From positions 20,608-84,607 of the forward strand of contig JAEUIP010000001.1 of assembly GCA_016795075.1 (NCBI GenBank): a stretch of DNA of 64,000 bases. Direction: 5' to 3'. Position numbers and translations under genes: made by a program. Positions 29,033-39,506 of this stretch are shown here, one piece after another. The notes below the pieces were generated by a model that made no database searches, was not told where the DNA came from, and was given only the letters and a program-made list of their open reading frames with translations. Within the stretch, counting starts at the first letter, position 1, and every line of letters begins with the position of its first letter. The DNA is from Planctomycetaceae bacterium (lineage in GTDB: Bacteria > Planctomycetota > Planctomycetia > Pirellulales > Pirellulaceae).

Positions 29033-31750
29033 CAGCAATTTACGGACGACCGTCGGCAAAATGCCGCCGTTTTGGTAGTACACCAATTCTACCGGCGTAT
29101 CGATACGGACCAGCGCTTGGAAGCGAACCTCCGTGCCATCGGCTTTTTTGGCAACCACGAGAGTGGAGCCCAGTGGCTTCAGTTGTTCCAGCTCGGGAAA
29201 GTCAAAGATCTCTTCGCCGGTTAAACCAAGACTTTGCCAAGTCGAGCCGTTCGGGAATTGCAGTGGTAGAATTCCCATACCAACCAGATTGCTACGATGA
29301 ATTCGTTCGTAGCTGGCGGCCATAACGGCCTTGACGCCCAACATCATGGTGCCTTTGGCAGCCCAATCTCGCGAGCTCCCGGTTCCATATTCGGCGCCCG
29401 CCAAGATGACCAGAGGAATCCCGGCTTGTTGGTAAGCCATCGAAGCATCGTAAACCGACATGACTTCGCCGGTCGTCAATAACTTCGACCAACCACCTTC
29501 GGTCCCTGGTGCCACTTGGTTGCGAATTCGAATGTTCGCAAAAGTGCCACGGACCATCACCCGATCATCCCCCCGACGGGAACCGTAGCTATTGAAGTCT
29601 CTGGGCTCGACGCCGCGCGAGATCAGGTAGCGGCCCGCTGGCGAATCCTTGCCAATCGAGCCTGCAGGCGAGATATGATCGGTCGTGACACTGTCTCCCA
29701 ACGCCAGCAAAACACGAGCGCCCTTGATCGGCGGCACCGCCTGCGCTTCGGATGTCATCGCAGCCATGAACGGTGGTTCGTGGATGTAAGTACTGTCCTC
29801 TTGCCATTGGTACAACTCGCCCTTGGTCACGGGAATTTGATTCCAAGTTTCGTTGCTCTTGAAAACTCCCGCATAGCGAGACGTGAACATTTCGGGAGTG
29901 ATGCAAGCGGCAACAACACCGGCGACGGTCTCGCGTGTTGGCCACAAATCAGCCAGCATAACCGGTTGCCCAGAGCGATCTTTGCCTAGAGGTTCCGACG
30001 CAAAATCAATATCGACGGTTCCGGCCAACGCGTAGGCGACCACCAAGGGCGGACTCGCCAAGTAATTGGCTTTGGTCTGCGGACTAACACGACCTTCGAA
30101 GTTGCGGTTCCCCGAAAGGACAGCCGCCGCGACCAAGTCCCCATCGGTAATCGCTTTGGCGACGGCGTCCGGCAGTGGTCCGCTATTGCCAATGCATGTG
30201 GTGCAACCGTAGCCAACGGTTTGGAATCCCAAATCATCCAAGTGCTGGCTCAAATTCGCCTTGTTCAAATAGTCGGTAACCACGCGGGACCCGGGAGCCA
30301 AACTGGTCTTCACGTACGGAGGAACTTTCATTCCCCGTTCGTTGGCAGCTTTGGCGACCAAACCTGCGGCGACCAACACGGATGGATTCGAAGTGTTGGT
30401 GCAAGACGTAATCGCAGCGATGGCCACGGCACCGTGTTGGAGTTCGTATTTCGAACCGTTCTCTTGATACGTGCCGGTCGCCGCCAATCGCTCGGCTGGT
30501 AACGCATAACCGGCTGGACCAATCGGGGCCGTCAGTGCGGCGCGAAATGTGGATTTGACATCCGTTAACGCCACGCGATCCTGCGGTCGCTTGGGTCCTG
30601 CCAAGCTAGGGCGAATCGTGCTCAGATCCAGTTTCAGTTGTTGCGAGTAGATCGGTTGTGGTGCGGTTGGCGTGTAAAACAGGCCTTGGCTCTTGTAGTA
30701 ATTTTCGACCAAAGAAACTTCCGCTGCCGTTCTGCCCGTTCGCCGCAAATAGTTCAAGGTCTCTTCATCGACGGGGAAGAAGCCCATCGTCGCGCCGTAT
30801 TCTGGCGCCATATTGGCAATGGTGGCGCGATCCGCCAGGCTCATCGAAGCATAGCCGCTGCCAAAGAATTCCACAAACTTACCGACCACGCCGGCCTTGC
30901 GAAGAATCTGGGTGACGGTCAAGACCATATCGGTCGCCGTGGTGCCCGCCGGCAGTTGCCCGACAACTTCGAAGCCAATAACTTCGGGCATCAGCATGTA
31001 AATCGGCTGCCCCAACATCGCGGCTTCGGCTTCAATACCACCAACGCCCCAGCCCAACACGCCCAAGCCGTTGATCATCGTCGTGTGGCTATCGGTTCCA
31101 ACCAGCGTGTCGGGCAGAGCCACCAATTGTCCGTTCATCGGCCTGAGGAATACACCTTTGGCCAGGAACTCCAAATTTACTTGATGCACGATCCCAACAT
31201 TGGGTGGTACCACGCGAAAGTTGTCAAACGCCTCTTGGCCCCAACGGAGGAATTCGTATCGCTGTTGATTGCGTTCAAATTCCAATTCCACGTTTTGTTG
31301 CAGAGATTGTTCCGTGCCGAAATAATCCACTTGCACGCTGTGGTCGATCACCAAATCAACGGGAACCAAGGGATTGATCTTTTTGGGGTTGCCGCCCAAA
31401 CGCTGCATCGCGCTGCGCATCGCGGCCAAGTCCACCACCGCAGGAACTCCGGTAAAGTCTTGCAACACCACGCGGGACGGCTTGAATGGAATCTCCACTT
31501 GAGCCGGTTTCGCAGCTTCCCAAGTCGCCAAGTTCAAAACGTCCTGTCGGGTGACTTCAAACTCATCGCAGTTGCGTAGGACGCTTTCCAACAAAATTCG
31601 GATCGAGTACGGCAAGCGATCGACCTGAGCCAGGCCGTCTTCTTGCAACTTGGCCAAGCGGAAATAGGTCGCTTTCTCAGGTCCGCCCGCACCCTGATAG
31701 GTGAACGTGGCTTGGGCTTGAAATGGGTTAGCCGCCGAGGTTGAACTCAT
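29030..31750 (-). CDS. acnA: aconitate hydratase A
   Basis: The 906-aa protein has [37 protein letters not shown] and SGNRNFEGR, which are the Fe-S ligand motifs of AcnA/IRP-type aconitases. Confidence 0.95.
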   Translation of the reverse strand: MSSTSAANPFQAQATFTYQGAGGPEKATYFRLAKLQEDGLAQVDRLPYSIRILLESVLRNCDEFEVTRQDVLNLATWEAAKPAQVEIPFKPSRVVLQDFTGVPAVVDLAAMRSAMQRLGGNPKKINPLVPVDLVIDHSVQVDYFGTEQSLQQNVELEFERNQQRYEFLRWGQEAFDNFRVVPPNVGIVHQVNLEFLAKGVFLRPMNGQLVALPDTLVGTDSHTTMINGLGVLGWGVGGIEAEAAMLGQPIYMLMPEVIGFEVVGQLPAGTTATDMVLTVTQILRKAGVVGKFVEFFGSGYASMSLADRATIANMAPEYGATMGFFPVDEETLNYLRRTGRTAAEVSLVENYYKSQGLFYTPTAPQPIYSQQLKLDLSTIRPSLAGPKRPQDRVALTDVKSTFRAALTAPIGPAGYALPAERLAATGTYQENGSKYELQHGAVAIAAITSCTNTSNPSVLVAAGLVAKAANERGMKVPPYVKTSLAPGSRVVTDYLNKANLSQHLDDLGFQTVGYGCTTCIGNSGPLPDAVAKAITDGDLVAAAVLSGNRNFEGRVSPQTKANYLASPPLVVAYALAGTVDIDFASEPLGKDRSGQPVMLADLWPTRETVAGVVAACITPEMFTSRYAGVFKSNETWNQIPVTKGELYQWQEDSTYIHEPPFMAAMTSEAQAVPPIKGARVLLALGDSVTTDHISPAGSIGKDSPAGRYLISRGVEPRDFNSYGSRRGDDRVMVRGTFANIRIRNQVAPGTEGGWSKLLTTGEVMSVYDASMAYQQAGIPLVILAGAEYGTGSSRDWAAKGTMMLGVKAVMAASYERIHRSNLVGMGILPLQFPNGSTWQSLGLTGEEIFDFPELEQLKPLGSTLVVAKKADGTEVRFQALVRIDTPVELVYYQNGGILPTVVRKLL

Positions 31751-32016
31751 TTTGACTGTACTTCGTTGTCAAGAGGAAACATGGGGAGTCCCGGCAAATG
31801 GCGCGAACGGCCGTCGGGATACACCAACCCGGGCCGCCAACCGACTTGGCCCGAACCATCCGACGTGCTCCATCCATCACCCACCGCGACTCGCTGTTAA
31901 GCTGATCAGTGTCTCGCGAAAGCGAGCGACTGTCAACGCGTCCAGCAGCCTCGAATCTACCTCAGCATCTGGTACAATGTCCGAGTGATTTCCCAGAGCC
32001 CTCCGAGTGCCACTCG

Positions 32017-32631
32017 ATGAACGCCTCACTCTCAACGCCCGCCCCGCCCATCCTTCAACCATGTTCGGCCATTGTCCAAGTGGGGGCCACGGGGGTTTGG
32101 GGCCGTTTCCGATTGCCCACCGGCATCCCCATACAAATCGACGATTGGGTCGTTTGCCAAACCGGACGCGGGCTCGAAATCGGACGCGTCAAAGTCTTGC
32201 TCACGGAGAGCAATGAGGGACCAAGCGAAGAATGGGTCGGACCCATCCTACGGGTCGCGAGCGACTCGGATTTGTTGACACGACAACGAATCGAGCGAGC
32301 GGCGCCACAAGGGATTGCGGCCTGCAATCAATGGTTGCAGGATCGCGGATTTTCGCAAATTGTGTTGGATGTGGACGTGCCACTGGACGGGTTGCGGCTG
32401 TATTTTCATTTTCTGGGCGAGGTCGATCGAGCCCTCGACGCCGCCACCGAAACCTTGGTGGAATTGTTCGACCAAGCCACGGGAATTCGCCGGTTTACCC
32501 AAGCGGTGGCAACCGGTTGTGGACCTCAATGTGGCAGTGACGGTAGCGGGTGCCAGACGGGTCAATCTTCTGGTGAAAAGCGTGGCTGCGCGTCCTGCGC
32601 CCTGAGCGGTGGCTGCGGGAAGCGATCCTAA
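32017..32631 (+). CDS. PSP1-like domain protein with Cys-rich C-terminal tail
   Basis: IDDWVVCQTGRGLEIGRVKVL... and ...LDGLRLYFHFLGEVDRALDAATETLVELFDQATG loosely fit the PSP1 C-terminal domain pattern. The tail is GCGPQCGSDGSGCQTGQSSGEKRGCASCALSGGCG. The start is taken at ATG 32017. Confidence 0.45.
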   Translation: MNASLSTPAPPILQPCSAIVQVGATGVWGRFRLPTGIPIQIDDWVVCQTGRGLEIGRVKVLLTESNEGPSEEWVGPILRVASDSDLLTRQRIERAAPQGIAACNQWLQDRGFSQIVLDVDVPLDGLRLYFHFLGEVDRALDAATETLVELFDQATGIRRFTQAVATGCGPQCGSDGSGCQTGQSSGEKRGCASCALSGGCGKRS

Positions 32632-33655
32632 CGGGCGTCGCCGACCACTTTTGCCCGCTCGTCGATGGACCGCGAGCTGCCAAGTTCCTTTACTCAGCGA
32701 GTATCGTTTGTCCGACCCTGCTGCTTCTCTACCGATCCCACCAAATCCCCCTGGTATCGCAGCGACCAAGTCGTCTGCGGTCCCGGTCTGGCGTTGGTTG
32801 CTGCACCCCGAACCGAGGAATCCGTCGTCGGCCACCGCCACACCCCCGGCGTGGTCTTCAGCCTCGGCAGAGGACCTTGTGGCCACGGAGGAGCCGTTGG
32901 AGATCCGTTTGCAATACGGCCCGCCCCAAAATCGAGTCAGTCGCAGCCTCTCCATCACGATGCGGACACCGGGCGACGATTACGACTTGGCGGTTGGCTT
33001 CCTGTTGAGTGAAGGCATCATTGGCCGGACCGGCGACGTGCTGGTCTCGTCCAATTCGGAATTGCCCACGGAATCCACGTCCAACGTCGTTCGCGTCGCT
33101 TTAGCACCGGACGTCTCCGTCGACATTGACAAGCTCCAGCGGCATTTTTACACGACATCCAGTTGTGGGCTGTGTGGAAAGACATCGCTGGAATCGTTGG
33201 AAAACCAGGGATTGCAACCTGTGCCGAGCGGGAATTGGCGAATTTCAGCCGCGTGGATCGCGAGTTTGCCAAACGCCCTGCGAAATGCCCAGCGAGTTTT
33301 TGCGGCGACCGGCGGACTCCATGCCACAGGGTTGTTCGTTGCCAATGGGCCACTGGTGCTGCTCCGCGAGGATGTCGGGCGGCACAATGCTTTGGATAAG
33401 GTCCTGGGGCGTTTGCTGTTAGAGGATCGGTTGCCGCTAGAAAACCACGTGCTGTTGGTAAGTGGCCGAACGAGCCTCGAGCTGATGCAAAAAGCCGTCG
33501 CGGCGCGAGTCCCCGTCGTGGCAGCCATTGGCGCCCCGTCCAGCTTAGCGATCGACTGTGCTCAGCGGTTTGGAGTCACCTTATTGGGGTTCGTGGCTGA
33601 AAATCGCTTCAACTGTTACGCCCATCCTCAACGGATCGAGGGTGCCTCGGATTGA
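32609..33655 (+). CDS. fdhD: formate dehydrogenase accessory sulfurtransferase FdhD
   Basis: EEPLEIRL..., SCGLCGK, GGLHATGLF, EDVGRHNALDKVLG and VSGRTSLELMQKAVAARVPVVAAIGAPSSLAI are present. The true start is probably downstream of 32609, because the N-terminal ~80 aa are low-complexity and overlap the previous gene. Confidence 0.85.
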   Translation: MAAGSDPNGRRRPLLPARRWTASCQVPLLSEYRLSDPAASLPIPPNPPGIAATKSSAVPVWRWLLHPEPRNPSSATATPPAWSSASAEDLVATEEPLEIRLQYGPPQNRVSRSLSITMRTPGDDYDLAVGFLLSEGIIGRTGDVLVSSNSELPTESTSNVVRVALAPDVSVDIDKLQRHFYTTSSCGLCGKTSLESLENQGLQPVPSGNWRISAAWIASLPNALRNAQRVFAATGGLHATGLFVANGPLVLLREDVGRHNALDKVLGRLLLEDRLPLENHVLLVSGRTSLELMQKAVAARVPVVAAIGAPSSLAIDCAQRFGVTLLGFVAENRFNCYAHPQRIEGASD

Positions 33656-33731
33656 ATTCTACTCCAGGGGTTTTACCAAATGAGAGCTGGGCGACATAAT
33701 ACGCCCGCCCAAGGCGCATATCGCCCAACTG

Positions 33732-34601
33732 TTGGAGAATTGCTTGAATCCGTTTGTGTTGCTGCTTTTATATTGCGTGGTGTTGGTGGTTTTGGCTTGG
33801 CTGGGCGGATCGTTGCCGACCAAGTGGAATTGGAACCACGTGAGGATGCAGCTGGTCATGAGCTTCATCGCCGGGTTCATGTTGGCCGTGGCCTTGGTTC
33901 AGCTTCTGCCACATGCCTACGGAATTCTCGGCGACGGACGCACGATCGGCTTGACGATCTTGGGTGGGCTGTTGGTGATGTTCTTGTTGATTCGAGCGTT
34001 CGACTACCACCATCACCATTTTGCGGATGCTCCCCAAAAGTCGCTCAGCTGTGCCCATGACCACGATCACACGGCCGAGGCCCATGCGGCTTGGGGGGGC
34101 CGCAAAAATAGCTTTGCATGGGTGGGTCTAATCTTTGGCCTTGGTTTGCATTCGATCATCGAAGCCGTTGCCTTGGCCGCCGCCCTGCAAGCGGGAGCCA
34201 TGAACGACGCGGCGTTTTTAAAGAGTGTCGGAATATTTTTGGCGATCGCATTGCACAAGCCCCTGGATGCCATGAGCATCGCTTCGGTAATGGCGGTCAG
34301 TCACTGGCCAATCCGCGAGCGAATGTTGGTGATTGCCGTCTATGCCGTTTTAGGTCCGTTGGCGGCCTGCTTGGCGTTTCTGGGGTTTTACTGGATACCT
34401 GCCGATACCACGGTCGCTTTGGGGTTTGCCTTGGCTTTCTCGTGCGGCACTTTTTTGTGCATTTCCTTGAGTGACCTGTTGCCAGAACTCCAATTTCACT
34501 CGCATGATCGTGGTAAACTATCCGCTTGTCTGCTGGGTGGAGTCGGGTTGGTGATCGTGTTGGAACTGATCCCGTTCCTCAATCACAGTTCCAGTCGGTG
34601 A
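33732..34601 (+). CDS. ZIP-family divalent metal transporter
   Basis: It has about 8 TM segments and a His-rich loop (DYHHHHF...CAHDHDHTAEAH). Conserved HS..E (GLHSIIEAVALAAA) and H..D (ALHKPLDAMSIA) motifs lie in TM helices. Confidence 0.8.
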   Translation: MENCLNPFVLLLLYCVVLVVLAWLGGSLPTKWNWNHVRMQLVMSFIAGFMLAVALVQLLPHAYGILGDGRTIGLTILGGLLVMFLLIRAFDYHHHHFADAPQKSLSCAHDHDHTAEAHAAWGGRKNSFAWVGLIFGLGLHSIIEAVALAAALQAGAMNDAAFLKSVGIFLAIALHKPLDAMSIASVMAVSHWPIRERMLVIAVYAVLGPLAACLAFLGFYWIPADTTVALGFALAFSCGTFLCISLSDLLPELQFHSHDRGKLSACLLGGVGLVIVLELIPFLNHSSSR

Positions 34602-34617
34602 ACGACGGGCCCGAACT

Positions 34618-35763
34618 GTGTCGCAATCGTTGGAGTTAATGATGAACGTTCGGCATTGCTGCAAAGCCTTACTATGGTTCGTTTGGTCGGCTACGATTGT
34701 GGGAATCCCCACGCTGATGTTGGCCCAAGAGAAATCGGACTCTACAAGCATGACGGACGAACAAGCCACGCGTCTGGCGGAGTTAGCACTCAAGGGGTTG
34801 GACCAGGAATATCCCAACAAGCCCTCCAACGTGTTGGCTGGGGCGCAAGATGTGCGTTCACCTCGAGAGCTTTCTCCGGCGTTTTATGGCTGCTTTGATT
34901 GGCACTCCAGCGTCCACGGGCATTGGATGTTGGTACGCTTGCTCAAAGTGCAACCGAATTTTTCACGTGCCCAAGAAATCCGCGATCGCTTGGAGCAACA
35001 TTTGACGTTGGAGAATATCCAAGCCGAGACAAAACACTTTCAGCAGAAGGAACACAAGTCATTCGAGCGTCTGTACGGTTGGGCGTGGTATTTGCGTTTG
35101 GTCGAAGAGTTGCACACTTGGGATGATCGGCAAGGGCAACGTTGGCGAGAGAATCTTCGCCCCTTAGAAGATCACTTGGTGGCGGCCACGTTGGAGTTCT
35201 TGCCGAAACAAGCGTATCCGATTCGCACGGGTGTTCACCCCAACACGGCTTTTGGTTTGGCGCAAATTCGCGATTATGCCGTAGCGGTTGGGAACCAACC
35301 GTTGATCGAATTGATTGATCAACGGGCGCGGGATTATTACATGACCGACCGCGATTACCCAATCGAATACGAACCGTCGGGTGAAGATTTTTTTTCAGCA
35401 GCGTTGAATGAAGCGGACTTGATGCGCCGCGTACTTTCCCCAGCGGAGTTCACCGAGTGGTTCGCGCGGTTTATCCCGGATTTCGAGCGTCCGGCGGTCG
35501 AGCAGTTCCTGACGCCTGTTTCGGTGACCGACATCACGGATGGAAAACTAGTTCACTTGGCAGGCTTGAACTTCAATCGAGCCTGGACCCTGCGCGGAAT
35601 CATGACCCATTTGCCAGAGTCTAGTCCCCTGAGAACTCGTTTGGAGCAGGCCGCGGTGGCTCATACCAACATGGGCCTGGAATATGTCTTCACAGGCGAC
35701 TACGCGGGCGAACATTGGTTGGGGACTTTTGCCATCTACGTGCTCACCAACGTTGGCCAATAG
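34618..35763 (+). CDS. DUF2891-like protein
   Basis: A signal-like N-terminus is followed by PAFYGCFDWHSSVHGHWMLVRLL, which matches my recollection of the DUF2891 signature. Confidence 0.6.
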   Translation: MSQSLELMMNVRHCCKALLWFVWSATIVGIPTLMLAQEKSDSTSMTDEQATRLAELALKGLDQEYPNKPSNVLAGAQDVRSPRELSPAFYGCFDWHSSVHGHWMLVRLLKVQPNFSRAQEIRDRLEQHLTLENIQAETKHFQQKEHKSFERLYGWAWYLRLVEELHTWDDRQGQRWRENLRPLEDHLVAATLEFLPKQAYPIRTGVHPNTAFGLAQIRDYAVAVGNQPLIELIDQRARDYYMTDRDYPIEYEPSGEDFFSAALNEADLMRRVLSPAEFTEWFARFIPDFERPAVEQFLTPVSVTDITDGKLVHLAGLNFNRAWTLRGIMTHLPESSPLRTRLEQAAVAHTNMGLEYVFTGDYAGEHWLGTFAIYVLTNVGQ

Positions 35764-35912
35764 CACCAACTTCCGTGGTTTCTTATTCCCATAAATTCTG
35801 TCTATGGTAGTGGCGAACCGCATTCATCGAGTTTACCCTATGGAGAACTGTCCGGAGCATCCCGGCAGAACCCATCCCTCCGCCCCTCCTATTTTTCCTT
35901 AGGGTACTCGAC

Positions 35913-37274
35913 ATGAAGCGTCGCTCGATATTTGGTTCATGGGTCGTCATCGGCGTGGCGACTCTCGCTTGGTTGCCCGCGACGATTCTGGTCGTAGGTG
36001 CTCCCATCGAAGACAACGCGCCCGCCGAAGACAATGTCCCGCCGGCTGGCTATGTCGCATTATTCGACGGCAAGTCCTTAGACGGCTGGTATGGCATGCC
36101 CCATCAAGACCCCTACGAGTGGGCCGCGATGTCGGATGAACAGCGAACCGAAAAAGTTGCGGCCTGGAACCAAGAAGTTGCCAAACATTGGACCGTGGTG
36201 GACGGAGCGATTGTCAACGACGGCGATGGTCCTTACTTGACGACGAAACAAGAATTTCGCAATTACGATTTGTGGATCGACTACAAAACGGTCGCTCAAG
36301 CAGACAGCGGCATTTACTTGAAGGCCAATCCGCAAGTGCAAATCTGGGACTATACCCAAGAAGGCGGCAAGTGGAATATCGGAGCGGATAAAGGTTCCGG
36401 CGGGCTATGGAACAACAGCGCGGGAGCCGATGGCAAAGATCCGCTGGTGTTGGCCGACAAACCGTTTGGGCAATGGAACCGAGTCCGAATCACGCAAGTC
36501 GGTCAGCGCACCAGCGTTTGGCTGAACGATCGTTTGGTCGTCGACAAAGCCCTCATGGAGAACTTCTGGAACCGCGCGAAACCAATGCTGGCCAGCGGCC
36601 CAGTACAACTGCAGACGCACGGTGGCGAGATTCAATGGAAAAATATCTTCGTCAAAGAACTTTCGAACGAAGAAGCGACCGAATTCCTTAAAGAACGCAA
36701 GACCGTCGCGACCGAATCACTCTTCGATGGGAAGACGTTTCAAGGCTGGAAGGGTCCTACGGATCAGTACGAAATCGTTGACGGAACCATCGTCTGCAAG
36801 CCCGGCCAAGGCGGCACGATTTATACCGAAGAAGTATATGCCGACTTTATGGTCGCGTTGGAGTTCCAATTGCCACCGGGCGGTAACAATGGCTTGGCAA
36901 TTCGCTACCCCGGCAGTGGCGACACCGCATACGTTGGCATGTGCGAACTACAGATATTGGACTCGGAGCACCCAAAGTATGCCAACTTGGACCCACGCCA
37001 GTATCACGCGTCGGCCTACGGCATGATCGCTGCCGAACGTGGCTACTTGTACGAAACCGGACAGTGGAACTACCAAGAAGTGACCGTCCAAGGTTCGACC
37101 TTGCGCGTGGAATTAAATGGCAACGTGATTCTCAGCGGCGACCTTAAAGATGTCAAAGATCTCATGATCGACGCGGCAGGTCGAAACCGCACCGAAGGGC
37201 ACTTTGGCTTGGCGGGTCACAGCGACCCAGTCCGTTTCCGCAACCTGAGGATCGGTCGCCTTGATTCAAAATAG
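35913..37274 (+). CDS. secreted protein with two DUF1080 (3-keto-disaccharide hydrolase-like) domains
   Basis: There are two repeats of the pattern (G)Y/E..LFDGK(S/T)..GW.G...W.V.DG.I..., each ending in ...I.(W/F)(K/R)N(I/L). The second ends HFGLAGHSDPVRFRNLRI. Confidence 0.8.
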   Translation: MKRRSIFGSWVVIGVATLAWLPATILVVGAPIEDNAPAEDNVPPAGYVALFDGKSLDGWYGMPHQDPYEWAAMSDEQRTEKVAAWNQEVAKHWTVVDGAIVNDGDGPYLTTKQEFRNYDLWIDYKTVAQADSGIYLKANPQVQIWDYTQEGGKWNIGADKGSGGLWNNSAGADGKDPLVLADKPFGQWNRVRITQVGQRTSVWLNDRLVVDKALMENFWNRAKPMLASGPVQLQTHGGEIQWKNIFVKELSNEEATEFLKERKTVATESLFDGKTFQGWKGPTDQYEIVDGTIVCKPGQGGTIYTEEVYADFMVALEFQLPPGGNNGLAIRYPGSGDTAYVGMCELQILDSEHPKYANLDPRQYHASAYGMIAAERGYLYETGQWNYQEVTVQGSTLRVELNGNVILSGDLKDVKDLMIDAAGRNRTEGHFGLAGHSDPVRFRNLRIGRLDSK

Positions 37275-37298
37275 CGAGTCAAACATAGCGAGCCTCGG

Positions 37299-38510
37299 AT
37301 GAGTCAACCCAACTCCACCCAAGTGGTCGATCCTGGAACAACTCCGGCGTTGCGACTAACCAGCCTCGATGTATTTCGTGGTTTCGTGATGTTCCTGATG
37401 TTGGCGGAAGTGCTCAAACTTTCGAAGTTGGCCGCGCATTTTCCGGAGGCAACTTGGCTGGAGTGGGTCACGTTTCACACGACGCATGTGCACTGGGTTG
37501 GATGTTCCTTACACGATCTGATCCAACCTGGGTTCTCGTTTTTGGTTGGCGCTGCGCTGCCGTTTTCACTGGCCAAGCGGCAACAATCGGGTCAAGCGAC
37601 GTGGTGGTTGTACGTCCATGCGGCTTGGCGAAGTTTGTTGCTCATCGCGCTCGGCATTTTTGTGCGGAGCTTGAATTCGGACGCCACCAACTTCACGTTC
37701 GAGGATACATTGACCCAGATTGGGTTGGGTTATTTTTTGCTCTTCGCGATTGCCCGTGGGCCGCATTGGTTAGCCCCCACGGCGATCGGAGTAATCTTGT
37801 TGGGCTATTGGATGGCGTTTGCAGCCAATCCACCCGCTGAGGACTTTGACTATCAGGCGGTCGGAGTTCCGGTGAATTGGACCGAGCACCAAACGGGGCT
37901 CGCCAGTGCCTGGAACAAGAACAGCAACTTGGCGTGGAAATTCGATACGTGGTTCTTGAATCTGTTTCCCCGGCCGGAACCGTTTTCTTTTCATTCCGGT
38001 GGTTATTCGACATTAAGCTTTGTTCCTACTTTGGCAACCATGTTGATGGGGCTCCTAGCCGGACGTTGGCTGTTGCACGAACAGAGGACATCGCGGCGAT
38101 TGTTGTTGTTAACATCGGCCGTTGTAGTGGGCCTGTTATCGGGCTGGCTATTGAATGAGTTTGGAATCTGTCCGGTGGTGAAACGAATTTGGACGCCCAG
38201 TTTCGCGCTTTGGAGCGGGGGATGGTGCTTCCTGTTCGTGTTGATCTTTCATGTGGTCTGCGATGTTTGGCAGTTGAAGTCGTGGAGTTTTCCGCTGGTG
38301 GTGATCGGCTGCAACTGTATTTTTGTCTACCTATTGAATTGGACGATCAAGGGATCCATCATCGCGGCGCTGCACCGGCATTTTGGGACACTGTTCCTCT
38401 CAAACGCGAGCCCGGAGTTCCAGGAGTTGTTCACTGGACTGGGAGTGCTGACGATCTTCTGGCTCTTGCTCTTCTGGATGTATCGCAACAAGGTTTTTGT
38501 TAAGCTGTAG
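37299..38510 (+). CDS. DUF5009 / heparan-alpha-glucosaminide N-acetyltransferase-like membrane acyltransferase
   Basis: The N-terminal RLTSLDVFRGFVMFLM motif is followed by about 10 TM helices. Confidence 0.7.
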   Translation: MSQPNSTQVVDPGTTPALRLTSLDVFRGFVMFLMLAEVLKLSKLAAHFPEATWLEWVTFHTTHVHWVGCSLHDLIQPGFSFLVGAALPFSLAKRQQSGQATWWLYVHAAWRSLLLIALGIFVRSLNSDATNFTFEDTLTQIGLGYFLLFAIARGPHWLAPTAIGVILLGYWMAFAANPPAEDFDYQAVGVPVNWTEHQTGLASAWNKNSNLAWKFDTWFLNLFPRPEPFSFHSGGYSTLSFVPTLATMLMGLLAGRWLLHEQRTSRRLLLLTSAVVVGLLSGWLLNEFGICPVVKRIWTPSFALWSGGWCFLFVLIFHVVCDVWQLKSWSFPLVVIGCNCIFVYLLNWTIKGSIIAALHRHFGTLFLSNASPEFQELFTGLGVLTIFWLLLFWMYRNKVFVKL

Positions 38511-38519
38511 CCGCACATC

Positions 38520-39506
38520 TTGGCCAAACAGGAACTTTGCATGACGGAAAATCAGGATATTACTCCTCCACCGGTGGTCGAACTGTTGCATGGCTTGATC
38601 GATTACGCTGGGTTCTTTCCGCCGGCCAGTTTGTCGATCCCACAGGCCTTGAAGAATTTCTGCGAGTACCAGGATTCGGATTACTACTGGGTCTTGGGCC
38701 ATTTGGTTTTGCCGGTTGCTAAACTGAGCGAACTAGCGGAACAATTAACGAAAGATCTATTGGAGCCGTTGCCCATCAGTGTGGTGATGCCGGGTGCGGC
38801 GGACAAAGCCGGTTTCCTAGCCGGGTTAGAGGCCATCCGGGACTTCAACGCCGAGCACGAATTCAACGGGTTGGTTGATGCGATCGAGTGCAAGGTCGAC
38901 TCTCCTGCGGAGTTGGCCGCAGCGCACGCGGCTTGTTGCGATGATCCATTGATGTGTTTCTGGGAATTGCCGTTAAACGACCAACTGACTCCACTCGTCA
39001 ACGCATTGGCCGAGATCAAACAGGCAACGGGCCATCGCCGCAATAACGCGAAGATCCGCACTGGCAGCGTTGTTCCCGGCGCGATTCCGAATGTCGCATC
39101 GGTCGCCAACTTTTTGAGCGTTTGTGCCCAGCACCAAGTGCGCTTTAAAGCCACAGCCGGACTTCATCACCCGGTGCGAGCTTCCTATCCATTGACGTAC
39201 GCTGCCGATGCGCCGTGTGATGTGATGCACGGATTTTTGAACATGTTTTTGGCGGCCACTGCGGCTTATGTCGGGACAACGGACGTGGAGACCGTGACCC
39301 AAATCCTGCTTACCGAACATTCGAACAAGTTCCAGATCGAATCCACGGGCATTCGATGGCATGAACATTTTTGGACATTGAACCAAATTTCCGACGCCCG
39401 TTTCAACTTCGGCTTGAGCTTTGGCTCCTGTTCGTTTACCGAACCCGTTCACGATCTGGTGGCCCTCGGCTGGCTGCCGCCATCGGATGAAAGTTTATTT
39501 GAATGA
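38520..39506 (+). CDS. conserved hypothetical protein translationally coupled to fumarylacetoacetase
   Basis: The 328-aa protein is not low-complexity (e.g. FKATAGLHHPVRASYPL) and I recognised no family. The stop overlaps the next start (ATGA 39503-39506). The start could instead be the ATG at 38541. Confidence 0.6.
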   Translation: MAKQELCMTENQDITPPPVVELLHGLIDYAGFFPPASLSIPQALKNFCEYQDSDYYWVLGHLVLPVAKLSELAEQLTKDLLEPLPISVVMPGAADKAGFLAGLEAIRDFNAEHEFNGLVDAIECKVDSPAELAAAHAACCDDPLMCFWELPLNDQLTPLVNALAEIKQATGHRRNNAKIRTGSVVPGAIPNVASVANFLSVCAQHQVRFKATAGLHHPVRASYPLTYAADAPCDVMHGFLNMFLAATAAYVGTTDVETVTQILLTEHSNKFQIESTGIRWHEHFWTLNQISDARFNFGLSFGSCSFTEPVHDLVALGWLPPSDESLFE

